Source: Ignavibacteria bacterium
Lineage (GTDB): Bacteria > Bacteroidota > Ignavibacteria > Tepidaquicellales > OLB5
Direction: 5' to 3'
DNA: 64,000 nt
Assembly (NCBI GenBank): GCA_017303675.1
Contig: JAFLBX010000002.1
Span: forward strand, 1,204,488-1,268,487
The translations under genes were made by a program, and so were the position numbers. Position 1 is the first letter of the stretch. Each line of letters starts with the position of its first letter. Shown piece by piece: positions 9,456 through 18,518 of this stretch. Below the pieces are notes generated by a model. The model was given only the letters and a program-made list of their open reading frames with translations. It did not search any database and was not told the DNA's origin.

Positions 9456-11604
9456 CCTGTTTCTGAGCGCAGCTAAGTATCTCCTTCTACTAACAATACT
9501 AACCTGTATTTCGGCATTTTCACAAAAGCTAAATGGTGACGAAAAATTAATACTCGAATTAAAAGACACCAGAACATTCGGGAAAGACAATCAACTTCTT
9601 GAAATGCTGAGATCTTCTGATAATGATAAGGCTTCCCTGGCTGCGTTTGCGCTTACAAACATCAACGATACCTCTATTATTGATATACTTGGTGAAAAAC
9701 TCCTGGATCCCTCAACAGACCAGTTTGCAGCAAAAATGTCAGCTTTTGCATTGGGACAAATTTACAGCCCCAAATCTCCGGTTTTTCTTAAAAAGAAGTT
9801 AAATGAAATTATTTATGAGGATAACAAGACACTGTTAATTATAGAAATCATTAACAGTCTGGGTAAAACAGGAAATGAAGAAGATCTGAATATACTCGTA
9901 AAATTGAATTCAGAAAATCGGCTGATAAATTCAGCGATTGCAATGGCAATTGCAAGATTTGGAATGCGCAAAATAAAAAATGATGCGGGTTTTAGAAAAC
10001 TTGCTGAGTTGTTTGAACAGTCTGCTGATTCCACTCTGCGAAGAAATGTAATTTTTGCATTCAACCGCATTGGCGATAAGGATGCATTGATAGCGTACAA
10101 TACTGAACTTGTTATATCAGCAACCTCGCCTGACCCGATCGCAAGAATGTGGGCATTTTCATCACTGGGGAAACAACAGGATACATCCTCGATTGAATTT
10201 TTGCTCGAGGCACTCGCTAAAGATAACGACTGGCGGGTAAAGGTCAGCATAATAAATGCGCTTGGGAATTACAAAATTGATATGAACTCTCCCCTTCTTG
10301 ATAAAACCGTTAACGCATTGGTTGATCTTGCTGTAAAAGATCCTTCGGTCCATGTATCAATAGTAAGCTGGCAGGCATTGGGTAAAATCTTTGCCGGAGC
10401 TGATACACGCAATCCCTTTGCACGAAAAATTCAGCAGGAAATATTATTTATTACAGCACCCGGCAAGGCGTATGACTGGCAGATAAAAGCCGAAGCTATC
10501 AGAACATACGCTAAGATTTTTAAGGATGAAGCTAAAGCTGATATGTTCGCGATATTCAACGCAACGGATAATTACGATATAAAATCAGCGGTAGTTGGTT
10601 CATTTGGCTCGTTTGATGATCCGATGGTATATAAAGAGCTGCGCGAAAATGTCAGCAATGATGTTATGGAGTATAATGAAGTTAACCCGAATAAAGACGG
10701 CTCTATGATAGGCTCTAATGACCTTGCTAAAATGTACCGCGCTTTTGTTAGCGCGCTTACAGAGCTGGATGATAAAATGGATAAGGAAAACCGAAATATT
10801 ATACGTTTAATATTATCTGAATTCGCTTCATCAAAAGACGCTCCGTTAACCGATATTTGCTTATCAAACCTTCAGGATTCCATTTACCTTGAGTATCGTG
10901 CAGAAACCTCTCAGATAATGACATTTGACTGGCAATCATTTACACTGCCAAAAGATAAAGATGTAATGCTGATGTATATAGAAGCCTGGGGTAACGTGAA
11001 GTATGACGGCGCAAAGGATATTCTGACAGCAAACTTAAAAAGCAGCGACTACGATATTGCCAAAGCGTCAAGCGACGCTTTGCAGAAAATTACCGGAGAA
11101 GATAAATCCGAAATTATAACAGCCCCCAAATACCGAACTGATTTTGATTGGGCTTTCATAGAAAAGCTTGATCAAAAAAAATTCGCAACCATTAAAACAA
11201 ATAAGGGTAATATTGTAATTGAGCTAAATGAAACTTTCGCACCTTTCACCGTGCAGAATTTTGTAAAGCTTTCAGAAAAAGGTTATTACAATAATACAAT
11301 ATTTCACCGAGTTGTGCCTAATTTTGTGATACAGGGCGGCGACACTACGGGAACAGGCTATGGGGGTCCGGGTTATTCAATACGCAGCGAATTCTCCCCC
11401 CTGCCCTTTGATGAGTACACGGTGGGAATGGCTTCAAGCGGCAAAGATACCGAAGGCAGCCAGTTCTTTATCACGCATTCACCGCAGCCGCATTTGGATG
11501 GCAGGTATACAATGTTCGGGAAAGTTGTGGATGGATTTGATGTTGTTGATAAGATCCAGTTAGGTGATGTTATAGAGACAATAACATTTTCAGCAGGCAG
11601 ATGA
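9439..11604 (+). CDS. HEAT/ARM-repeat protein fused to a C-terminal cyclophilin-type peptidyl-prolyl isomerase
   Basis: I prefer the ATG at 9439, which gives signal peptide MLRKNSLFLSAAKYLLLLTILTCISAFSQ. About 560 aa of helical repeats follow, then the cyclophilin core FHRVVPNFVIQGGD...GMASSGKDTEGSQFFIT...MFGKVVDG. Confidence 0.85.
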   Translation: MLRKNSLFLSAAKYLLLLTILTCISAFSQKLNGDEKLILELKDTRTFGKDNQLLEMLRSSDNDKASLAAFALTNINDTSIIDILGEKLLDPSTDQFAAKMSAFALGQIYSPKSPVFLKKKLNEIIYEDNKTLLIIEIINSLGKTGNEEDLNILVKLNSENRLINSAIAMAIARFGMRKIKNDAGFRKLAELFEQSADSTLRRNVIFAFNRIGDKDALIAYNTELVISATSPDPIARMWAFSSLGKQQDTSSIEFLLEALAKDNDWRVKVSIINALGNYKIDMNSPLLDKTVNALVDLAVKDPSVHVSIVSWQALGKIFAGADTRNPFARKIQQEILFITAPGKAYDWQIKAEAIRTYAKIFKDEAKADMFAIFNATDNYDIKSAVVGSFGSFDDPMVYKELRENVSNDVMEYNEVNPNKDGSMIGSNDLAKMYRAFVSALTELDDKMDKENRNIIRLILSEFASSKDAPLTDICLSNLQDSIYLEYRAETSQIMTFDWQSFTLPKDKDVMLMYIEAWGNVKYDGAKDILTANLKSSDYDIAKASSDALQKITGEDKSEIITAPKYRTDFDWAFIEKLDQKKFATIKTNKGNIVIELNETFAPFTVQNFVKLSEKGYYNNTIFHRVVPNFVIQGGDTTGTGYGGPGYSIRSEFSPLPFDEYTVGMASSGKDTEGSQFFITHSPQPHLDGRYTMFGKVVDGFDVVDKIQLGDVIETITFSAGR

Positions 11605-12155
11605 TCACACTTGAAACTGAAAGGCTGAAGCTTATCCCTTTGACGCTTGAACAGGCTGAAATGTTCACGCATTTAGACAGCCGGCTAGAAGATTCCTTAG
11701 GGCTGGAGCGGGCAGAGCGTGAGCTGACCCTGCAGTACCGTGATGCCATAAGAAAGTACACTTTGAACTGGATGAAAGAAGACCCTGATAATTATTTATT
11801 TTCAACCATATGGGTAATTGCAGAAAAACAAAGCAACACAATCTGCGGCGATATCGGGTTCAAAAGAAAAGCTGATAGTAACGGTTATATTGAAATAGGT
11901 TATTCAACCCAGCCGCGCTTCAGGGTACAGGGTTACATCACAGAGGCAATCGGGCAAATGGTTGAATGGGCATTCACCCACCCGGAAGTAAAAGCTGTAA
12001 TTGCAGAAACCCGTGAAGATAATATAGCCTCAATTAAAGCGTTAAAGAAGAACGGGTTTTATGAGTTCAAACATACCAAAACGCCTGAGCCTGCGCATCT
12101 TGCATCTATGATGAGTGATGTAAAAATGCTTTGGCATATAAGGGAACGCGATTGA
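11601..12155 (+). CDS. GNAT family N-acetyltransferase (RimJ/RimL-like)
   Basis: 184 aa. ATGA overlap with the upstream stop. N-terminus has the RLKLIPLT pattern, and the core shows the EIGY...GY.TEA...W pattern of RimJ-like GNATs. Confidence 0.8.
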   Translation: MITLETERLKLIPLTLEQAEMFTHLDSRLEDSLGLERAERELTLQYRDAIRKYTLNWMKEDPDNYLFSTIWVIAEKQSNTICGDIGFKRKADSNGYIEIGYSTQPRFRVQGYITEAIGQMVEWAFTHPEVKAVIAETREDNIASIKALKKNGFYEFKHTKTPEPAHLASMMSDVKMLWHIRERD

Positions 12156-12667
12156 ATAATGATATTCCCTTCAGCAGCAGGATCAAACTGCTTCCGCTAA
12201 GCAGAGATGAAATGTTTTTGTACATAAAAGATGATAATGAACTTACCGATAAGCTTAGTTTAAATCCCGGCAAACGGGTTATCTCCCGGGGTCTTTTGAA
12301 TTCTTTCAAAGATCCGATTTTGAAATATATTGATGAAAACCCTGACTATGTACTTTTTGCGGTTATCTGGCTGGTTATTGATTCACGACTGAACAGGATA
12401 ACCGGTCATTTTCATTTTAAAGGGAATCCTGATAAAGACGGAATGACAGAGATTGGGTACAGGATATATGATGAATTTCAAAATAATGGTTATGCAACAG
12501 AAGCTTTGGGTTTAATCATTCAATGGGCATTTTCTGATGAAAATGTTAAAATTATTAACGCCTTTACAGAAATTAATAATTTCGCATCTCAAAAAGTATT
12601 GGAAAAATGCGGATTCAAGATATATAATAAATCTGAAAGTGAGATCGAATGGAGAAAAATGAAATAA
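12131..12667 (+). CDS. GNAT family N-acetyltransferase (tandem paralog)
   Basis: 178 aa with the same block pattern as 11601..12155 (IKLLPLS, EIGYRI, GYATEALGLIIQWAF). The start may instead be the TTG at 12152, which overlaps the upstream TGA. Confidence 0.75.
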   Translation: MAYKGTRLNNDIPFSSRIKLLPLSRDEMFLYIKDDNELTDKLSLNPGKRVISRGLLNSFKDPILKYIDENPDYVLFAVIWLVIDSRLNRITGHFHFKGNPDKDGMTEIGYRIYDEFQNNGYATEALGLIIQWAFSDENVKIINAFTEINNFASQKVLEKCGFKIYNKSESEIEWRKMK

Positions 12668-13419
12668 ATCCTGAAGAAAAATCTGCTAATAATAACAGCG
12701 TAAAACATCACTATGATTATTTACTTTCAGATATTTACAGCTGGATGTCAGGTGATTTCCGGGTACAGGTAAACCAAACCCGCGAATATTTCATCAAAAA
12801 TAATATAAAACCCTCCGAAACTCACTCAGCTATAGATCTCGGTTCAGGCCACGGCATCCAGTCAGCCGCCTTAATAGAACTTGGATTTAATGTAACTGCC
12901 GTAGACCAAAGTGAAAAACTGCTGGCTGAGCTGAAACAAAATTCATCAAATAAAGTAAAAACAATAAACGGGGATATTGCAGAATTCAGCTATCCCGGTA
13001 ATATTAAGCCTGAATTGATAGTGTGCATGGGTGATACCATCACTCACCTTCCTACTGCGGATGATGTGCGCAAAATGATAAAAAATGCTGCAGAAAACCT
13101 GATAATTAACGGAAAGCTGGTGTTATCATTCAGGGATCTATCAAATGAGTTAAAGGGAGTATCAAGGGTTATTCCCGTAAAAAGTGAACCCACGAGGATA
13201 TTAACCTGTTTCCTGGAATTCGGGAAAGAAAAAGTAAATGTTAATGACATTCTGCATGAATTTGTTGATGGCAGGTGGGAAATGAAGGTAAGCTCATACA
13301 GCAAGCTGAAGCTTTCAGCCGGTGAAATATCAGAAATGCTAAAAACTGCGGAGTTAGATTTAATTCATTCAGAAAAGCTAAAAGGTATGGAATTCATTAT
13401 AGCACAAAAATTAAAATAA
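12649..13419 (+). CDS. Class I SAM-dependent methyltransferase
   Basis: 256 aa with SAM-binding motif I (IDLGSGHGIQS) and an acidic residue after beta-2 (VTAVDQS). Overlaps the upstream gene by 19 nt. Confidence 0.8.
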   Translation: MEKNEINPEEKSANNNSVKHHYDYLLSDIYSWMSGDFRVQVNQTREYFIKNNIKPSETHSAIDLGSGHGIQSAALIELGFNVTAVDQSEKLLAELKQNSSNKVKTINGDIAEFSYPGNIKPELIVCMGDTITHLPTADDVRKMIKNAAENLIINGKLVLSFRDLSNELKGVSRVIPVKSEPTRILTCFLEFGKEKVNVNDILHEFVDGRWEMKVSSYSKLKLSAGEISEMLKTAELDLIHSEKLKGMEFIIAQKLK

Positions 13420-13446
13420 ATCATATACAATAAACGAAAGGTAAAT

Positions 13447-13914
13447 ATGAAACTGTATAAATTTACAATTGCTTTATTGCTTTTGATATTCGCTGTAAAT
13501 GTGAATATAAAAGCAGATGACCTGAACAAAAAAAAGATGGAGCAGGCTACTAAAGAAATCCTCGAAATGATGGTTAAAGGTGATAACGCTTCAGAAAAGC
13601 TCCGCAAGTATATTTCTGAAGACTGGCTGGAATCCAAAAGGCTAAATGTTAAAAAATATCTCATAAATAATTACTCACCTGAATTTTACGAGATCATATA
13701 TTCCGGCGGCGATGTTTGCATTGCTACTATTGGCGGTTCATCATGGCAGCATTTATTGGTATTTAAATATACAGAAGAGTATGGGGCTTACAAAGTGATA
13801 CCAAGGGGAATTTCAGAAGCATCCAGCGATTACATTGATCCATGGAATTATGTAAAAGATTATATTTGTTCATCAAAAGATATGGAAGAACCTCTTCCGC
13901 CGGAAGAAAAATAA
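13447..13914 (+). CDS. Hypothetical secreted protein
   Basis: 155 aa with a signal peptide (MKLYKFTIALLLLIFAVNVNIKA). No recognisable motif. Confidence 0.5.
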   Translation: MKLYKFTIALLLLIFAVNVNIKADDLNKKKMEQATKEILEMMVKGDNASEKLRKYISEDWLESKRLNVKKYLINNYSPEFYEIIYSGGDVCIATIGGSSWQHLLVFKYTEEYGAYKVIPRGISEASSDYIDPWNYVKDYICSSKDMEEPLPPEEK

Positions 13915-13970
13915 TGAATATCTTTTTTTTTAAGAATATGTAAATTATCATATTTAGGAATGATTTTTAA

Positions 13971-14007
13971 ACCTCATTTTTACCCCAAAAATGAGGTTTT
14001 TTGTTGT
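13971..14007 (+). terminator. Rho-independent terminator
   Basis: AACCTCATTTTT-ACCCC-AAAAATGAGGTT followed by TTTTGTTG. Confidence 0.7.
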
Positions 14008-14053
14008 TATATTTGTGCTTTATGTTTTAAATTTAATTTGAAAGCAGTATAAA

Positions 14054-14869
14054 GTGAGCTTATTACCAAAAGTTAAGTATAATGTAGCGGTATCTTCAGG
14101 CAAAGGGGGAGTTGGTAAATCAACAGTTGCAGTAAATCTTGCTGCCGCTTTGATAAAAGAAGGATATAAAACGGGAATTATTGATGCTGATATTTACGGA
14201 CCTTCAATTCCTACAATGCTCGGTGTTACTGAAGAAAAACCGAAGCTGGTAAAAATAAATGAAAAGAACAGGCTTCTGCCGGTAGTAAAATACGGTCTTA
14301 AAATGATGTCAATCGGTTTTTTGGTTGATGCAGCAGAAGCAGTAGTTTGGCGCGGACCCATGGCAGCCAGTGCGTTAAAGCAGTTTATGAGCGATGTTGA
14401 GTGGGATGAACTGGATTTTCTGTTATATGATATGCCTCCGGGCACCGGTGATATTCAGCTTACTTTAACACAATCGCTGCCGCTTACAGGCGCGGTGATA
14501 GTTACTACTCCCCAGGAGATCAGCCTGATAGATGCCCGCAAAGGTGCAAAGATGTTTGAGAAAGTTAATGTTCCCGTGCTGGGAATCATTGAAAATATGA
14601 GTTATTATTCAAACAAGGATGGTTCCAAGGAATACATTTTTGGCGAAGGAGGCGGCAAAAAGCTTGCTGAAGAAATGAAGTTAAACTTCCTTGGAGAAAT
14701 TGCTGTTAATACAGATGTAAGGATTGGCGGAGATGAAGGAAAGCCTATTGTACTGGGAAAACCTGATTCTGCAGAAGCATGGCAGTTCACAACAATAGCA
14801 AAACGCCTTACAGATGATATTATTTCCAAAGCGAAGCTGCAGCCTAAGCTGCCGGTTATAGAGATCTGA
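14054..14869 (+). CDS. Mrp/ApbC/NBP35-family Fe-S cluster carrier ATPase
   Basis: 271 aa with deviant Walker A SGKGGVGKST, DMPPGTGD and the IIENMS motif. GTG start. Confidence 0.9.
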   Translation: MSLLPKVKYNVAVSSGKGGVGKSTVAVNLAAALIKEGYKTGIIDADIYGPSIPTMLGVTEEKPKLVKINEKNRLLPVVKYGLKMMSIGFLVDAAEAVVWRGPMAASALKQFMSDVEWDELDFLLYDMPPGTGDIQLTLTQSLPLTGAVIVTTPQEISLIDARKGAKMFEKVNVPVLGIIENMSYYSNKDGSKEYIFGEGGGKKLAEEMKLNFLGEIAVNTDVRIGGDEGKPIVLGKPDSAEAWQFTTIAKRLTDDIISKAKLQPKLPVIEI

Positions 14870-14885
14870 TTTAATATTGGATTGA

Positions 14886-14907
14886 GATTGCTTCGCTGCG
14901 CTCGCAA
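14886..14907. repeat. Short GC-rich motif GATTGCTTCGCTGCGCTCGCAA (related in inverse orientation to 21254-21286)
   Basis: The core GCTTCGCT(G)CGCTC is shared with the reverse complement of GTCATTCTGAGCGAGCGAAGCGAGTGAAGAATC at 21254-21286. It lies directly after the mrp stop. Confidence 0.4.
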
Positions 14908-15027
14908 ATTTTATAACTGGTTTTATTTGGCAGCATGAGTGATAAGGTATATTTACATTAATGATTTTTTAATAAAGTTTTCTTATTTTTGCGGAGCTAA
15001 TGCTCTGATGGAGCAAAGGTCTTTTAA

Positions 15028-15279
15028 ATGTTAGTGACTGAAAAAACAGCGGAAATTGAAGCTAAAATAAATTCAGTGCTGGAGCGTATCAGACCTTACC
15101 TGCAGATCGATGGCGGTGATGTAATGCTTGATAAGATAAGTGATGAAGGAATTGTAGAATTAAAGCTTCTTGGTGCCTGCAATACCTGTCCGCTTAGACC
15201 CATGACACTAAGAGCGGGAATTGAACGTGCTTTAATGCATGAAATCCCGGAAATTAAAAGAATTGAGTGTTTTAACTAA
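15028..15279 (+). CDS. NifU-like (Nfu C-terminal domain) Fe-S scaffold/carrier protein
   Basis: 83 aa with the pattern IRPYLQIDGGD...GACNTCP typical of Nfu/NifU C-terminal domains. Adjacent to the Mrp-like gene. Confidence 0.85.
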   Translation: MLVTEKTAEIEAKINSVLERIRPYLQIDGGDVMLDKISDEGIVELKLLGACNTCPLRPMTLRAGIERALMHEIPEIKRIECFN

Positions 15280-15333
15280 CGTTTTAGTGATATTAAGACT
15301 GTTATTTAATTAAAGAGTATTGTATATTAGAGT

Positions 15334-16050
15334 ATGTTATATTTAATTATAATAATTGCATTAAGTTATCTTGTGGGTTCTTTCCCCACAGCCCTTGTTT
15401 TCGGCAAACTTTTTAAAGGTGTTGATATCAGGCAGCATGGCAGCAAGAACATGGGCAGCACCAATGCTTTCCGTGTGCTTGGCTGGAAGATCGGCGTACT
15501 TGTTCAGCTGGTTGATATTGCCAAAGGATTCATAGCAACACTTTTGATATCCAAATTATTTTATGGAAGCCTTCCATTTGAAAACCGCACACCGTTCCAG
15601 GATATTACAATAGTACAATTAATTGCAGGTATTTCAGCCATCATTGGGCATGTGTGGACAGTCTTTGCGGGATTTAAAGGCGGCAAAGGTATTAATACAA
15701 CTGCGGGGATGCTGCTTAGTCTTGCCCCGGTTGACGCGACAATTGCTATTGGAATGTTCATAGTGGTGCTTATGTTTTCAGGATATGTATCGCTTGGTTC
15801 AATAGTAGCCGCATATTCCTTCCCCAGCGCGATGTTTATAAGGGAAAATGTTTTCGGGGTTGATATTGACGGCTACCATACGCTTATTTACTTTAGCCTT
15901 GCCGTGTGCATATTTTTAACGTACAATCACAGGGCAAATATAAAGAGGCTGCTGTATGGTGAAGAGAACAGGTTTGAAAAATGGTGGAAGGTCCGCTGGA
16001 TACAAATAGACGCGCCGTTTAAGCGAAAGAAAAAAGTAAAGGATTTATAA
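15334..16050 (+). CDS. plsY: Glycerol-3-phosphate acyltransferase PlsY
   Basis: 238 aa membrane protein with GSFPTA, HGSKNMGSTNAFRVLG and GFKGGKG motifs. Confidence 0.9.
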   Translation: MLYLIIIIALSYLVGSFPTALVFGKLFKGVDIRQHGSKNMGSTNAFRVLGWKIGVLVQLVDIAKGFIATLLISKLFYGSLPFENRTPFQDITIVQLIAGISAIIGHVWTVFAGFKGGKGINTTAGMLLSLAPVDATIAIGMFIVVLMFSGYVSLGSIVAAYSFPSAMFIRENVFGVDIDGYHTLIYFSLAVCIFLTYNHRANIKRLLYGEENRFEKWWKVRWIQIDAPFKRKKKVKDL

Positions 16051-16058
16051 AAATATAC

Positions 16059-16083
16059 AGCCCGGGAAACCGGGCTTTTTATT
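16059..16083 (+). terminator. Rho-independent terminator after plsY
   Basis: AGCCCGG-GAAA-CCGGGCT followed by TTTTTATTT. Confidence 0.75.
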
Positions 16084-16255
16084 TGCTGCATATAAATAAA
16101 AACAGAGCAATAAATTTTCATTTACTGCTCTGTCTGGTCAATTATCACATAAGAGACTTTTTTTCTTGCTAGGCCTTCTTCGGGTGCATCCGATATATCC
16201 GGAATAATTACTGCTAATACTTGTTTAATTAAGGCCTGAATCATTTTAAGAGAAA

Positions 16256-16477
16256 TTATCTTACAATGAACATATTCTCTTTTATCACCTGTTTATTCAG
16301 TTCTATCCTGTAGTTCAGCACACTGCCCGAAAGATTGTATTTCGGCTTCCAGAACACCGTGTGATCCCCCACTTCAAGATGTCCGGCCGGAAGTTCATCT
16401 ATCTTTAAGCCAATCAGGTTGTAAATTTCAAGGGTAACATTTCCGGGCTTATCTATGCTGAATTTAATTTTTGACAA
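16256..16477 (-). CDS. Small ORF resembling an isolated, degenerate T9SS C-terminal sorting domain (possible gene remnant)
   Basis: 73 aa with a TTG start and no signal peptide. The pattern VTLEIYNLIG......G.H.VFW......SG(V).NYRIEL resembles a type-A CTD. Confidence 0.3.
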   Translation of the reverse strand: MSKIKFSIDKPGNVTLEIYNLIGLKIDELPAGHLEVGDHTVFWKPKYNLSGSVLNYRIELNKQVIKENMFIVR

Positions 16478-16496
16478 ATCAGTTTATCTTTTTAAT

Positions 16497-16712
16497 TTAA
16501 AAGTTTTCTTCTACATATTTTGTTACAAATGTGCCGTCTTCTTCATAAACATAAACCCATATTGCTCCGTCTTCATATACTTTTACATAGATCCTTGAAC
16601 CGTTTGAATATTCTGTATTTGCTGCGTTAGTTTCTGATGCAAATGTGTTAACTGCTGAAAATCCGGTTAAAAGGCTAAGGGTTAAAGCGAGTGTTAATAA
16701 TGTCTTTTTCAT
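16497..16712 (-). CDS. Small secreted protein
   Basis: 71 aa with signal peptide MKKTLLTLALTLSLLTGFSAVNTFA and a short beta-rich body. Confidence 0.45.
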   Translation of the reverse strand: MKKTLLTLALTLSLLTGFSAVNTFASETNAANTEYSNGSRIYVKVYEDGAIWVYVYEEDGTFVTKYVEENF

Positions 16713-16948
16713 TTTTTTTGTTATTATAGGGTTTTATTATTTGTTTGTTTGTTTAATTTCTTATCTGTTCAAACATAACTCTTAAAGATTGACCCTGCCA
16801 CCACTTTTTAGACCTTAAGTTGCTTATTTTTTCCTATTACGAACACAATTTTATCGAATTTTTGCTGATTTCATCATTATTTTTAACAATATTTACTATT
16901 GATTCCTGAATTTGAGTTGCTTATATTTACATATAAATAAAATTAAAA

Positions 16949-18454
16949 ATGCTTGATTACGCGTTTATTGAATTGCTGGAATCCCTTACCAGAGAAGAAA
17001 TAAAATCTTTAAGAAAATTCATAATTTCGCCCTATTTTAACAAAAGCGCTAAAGTAGTGAAATTATTTGATGCAATCATCAAATATCACCCGAATTATGA
17101 AAATCCAAGGCTGAAAAAAGAGGAACTACATAAAAAAGTATCCCCTGAGCTGCCATATAATGAAGTTACAATGAGAAGGCTGCTGTATGACCTGCAGCAA
17201 TTGATCTCCAAATTTATCCGCCAGCAGTATATTGAGCGCAAAGAGGCTGAATCAACCCTTTACACCATTGAAGAGCTTGCAATAAGGGGCTCTGAGAGGA
17301 TGCATGCAATAACTATCCGCGAAGCTGAAAAGCTTCTATCATCGGTTCAGCTTGTTGATGCCGATACATGTCTTAATAATTTCAAGCTTGAGACCGAAAA
17401 GTTCTATTTCGGAATGATAAATGATAAAATAACCAAAAAGAGCTTTGTTGATACCGAAGCAGGCAAACTGATAAATGGGATCACTTATTTTATCAGCTAT
17501 TTTATGCTTGAGGCAATTAAGCATAATGATACACTGCTAAACTACTCGCGTTCATTCAATATAAACAGGAATAAGAAATTCATATCACAGTTTCTCAACC
17601 TGTTTGATTTCCAGAGGCTTGAGATCTTCATGAAGACCCATTCAATGGCGGGATCAGAAATAGTCCGCGCTTATATAAATTCATTAAAGGCTTATCTTTA
17701 TTTTGAAAATGACGATATATACAGAGAGCTGAAAGAATCCGTTATCAGAAATCTTGATAAGTTCAGCCAGACCGATAAACATTTCCTTTTTTCAAAGCTC
17801 AGCGGGTACTGCATATTAAAGCGCGAAAAGCTTGACCCCGATGATATGAGATATGAAGGTGAGCTGTTTGAGATATACAAAATACTGCTTGAGAATAAAT
17901 ATTATACCACCGAAGCTAATAAATACGTACCTGTAGATCTTTACCGCAATATCCTGCTTCAGGCAGTAAAAATGAAAGAGCTGAGATGGCTTGAAGATTT
18001 TATAGATGAATACAGCAATGAGCTCCATCCTTCAAGGAAAACGGATATTCAGAACTACAGCCATGCATTCCTGAATTTTGCCCGCGGCAACTTCCGCGAT
18101 TCATTAAAGTGGCTGAGCAAGATCCGTATGGAAGAGTTCGCTTTTCATCTTGATATACGAAGCCTTTACATTATGATTTATTATGAGCTTGAAGAATACG
18201 AATCAGCCTTATCGGCTGCTAAAGCATTCAAAAAATTCCTTAAAGAAAACCAGATGATAAGCGATGAAAGAAGAACCGGTTACGATAACCTTTGTACATA
18301 CATTATAAAGCTTATAAATTACCAGGGGTCCAATTCCAAGACAGATCTTTCTGCATTGGCTCTCCAGCTTAAAAAATGCAGAAATATTACCTCGAGAAGC
18401 TGGCTCCTTTCAAAAACTGAACATCTTGATCCTGCTGTACGAAAAGCAGTCTGA
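16949..18454 (+). CDS. Hypothetical all-helical (TPR-like?) protein
   Basis: 501-aa uninterrupted ORF in a region where spurious ORFs are short. No signal peptide and no motif I recognise. Confidence 0.6.
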   Translation: MLDYAFIELLESLTREEIKSLRKFIISPYFNKSAKVVKLFDAIIKYHPNYENPRLKKEELHKKVSPELPYNEVTMRRLLYDLQQLISKFIRQQYIERKEAESTLYTIEELAIRGSERMHAITIREAEKLLSSVQLVDADTCLNNFKLETEKFYFGMINDKITKKSFVDTEAGKLINGITYFISYFMLEAIKHNDTLLNYSRSFNINRNKKFISQFLNLFDFQRLEIFMKTHSMAGSEIVRAYINSLKAYLYFENDDIYRELKESVIRNLDKFSQTDKHFLFSKLSGYCILKREKLDPDDMRYEGELFEIYKILLENKYYTTEANKYVPVDLYRNILLQAVKMKELRWLEDFIDEYSNELHPSRKTDIQNYSHAFLNFARGNFRDSLKWLSKIRMEEFAFHLDIRSLYIMIYYELEEYESALSAAKAFKKFLKENQMISDERRTGYDNLCTYIIKLINYQGSNSKTDLSALALQLKKCRNITSRSWLLSKTEHLDPAVRKAV

Positions 18455-18518
18455 TAGGCTTTATAGCAGTTTTTGAGCCGCAATTTAACATTTTATAAGT
18501 AAATTTTTATAGATAAAT

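Noticed and set aside
9216-9590. 124-aa minus-strand F/L-rich ORF
   Set aside because: It is the complement of the Lys-codon-rich (AAA/AAG) tail of 8082..9455, where the poly-TTT/CTT reading gives an artefactual hydrophobic ORF.
16103-16135. Hairpin ACAGAGCAATAAA-TTTTC-ATTTACTGCTCTGT as a miniature third copy of the CCACAGAG TIR element (it shares ACAGAG and AAATTTTCATT)
   Set aside because: The shared strings are too short to show relatedness. The hairpin is followed by a T-run on the minus strand, so a simple terminator for the 16256..16477 region explains it.
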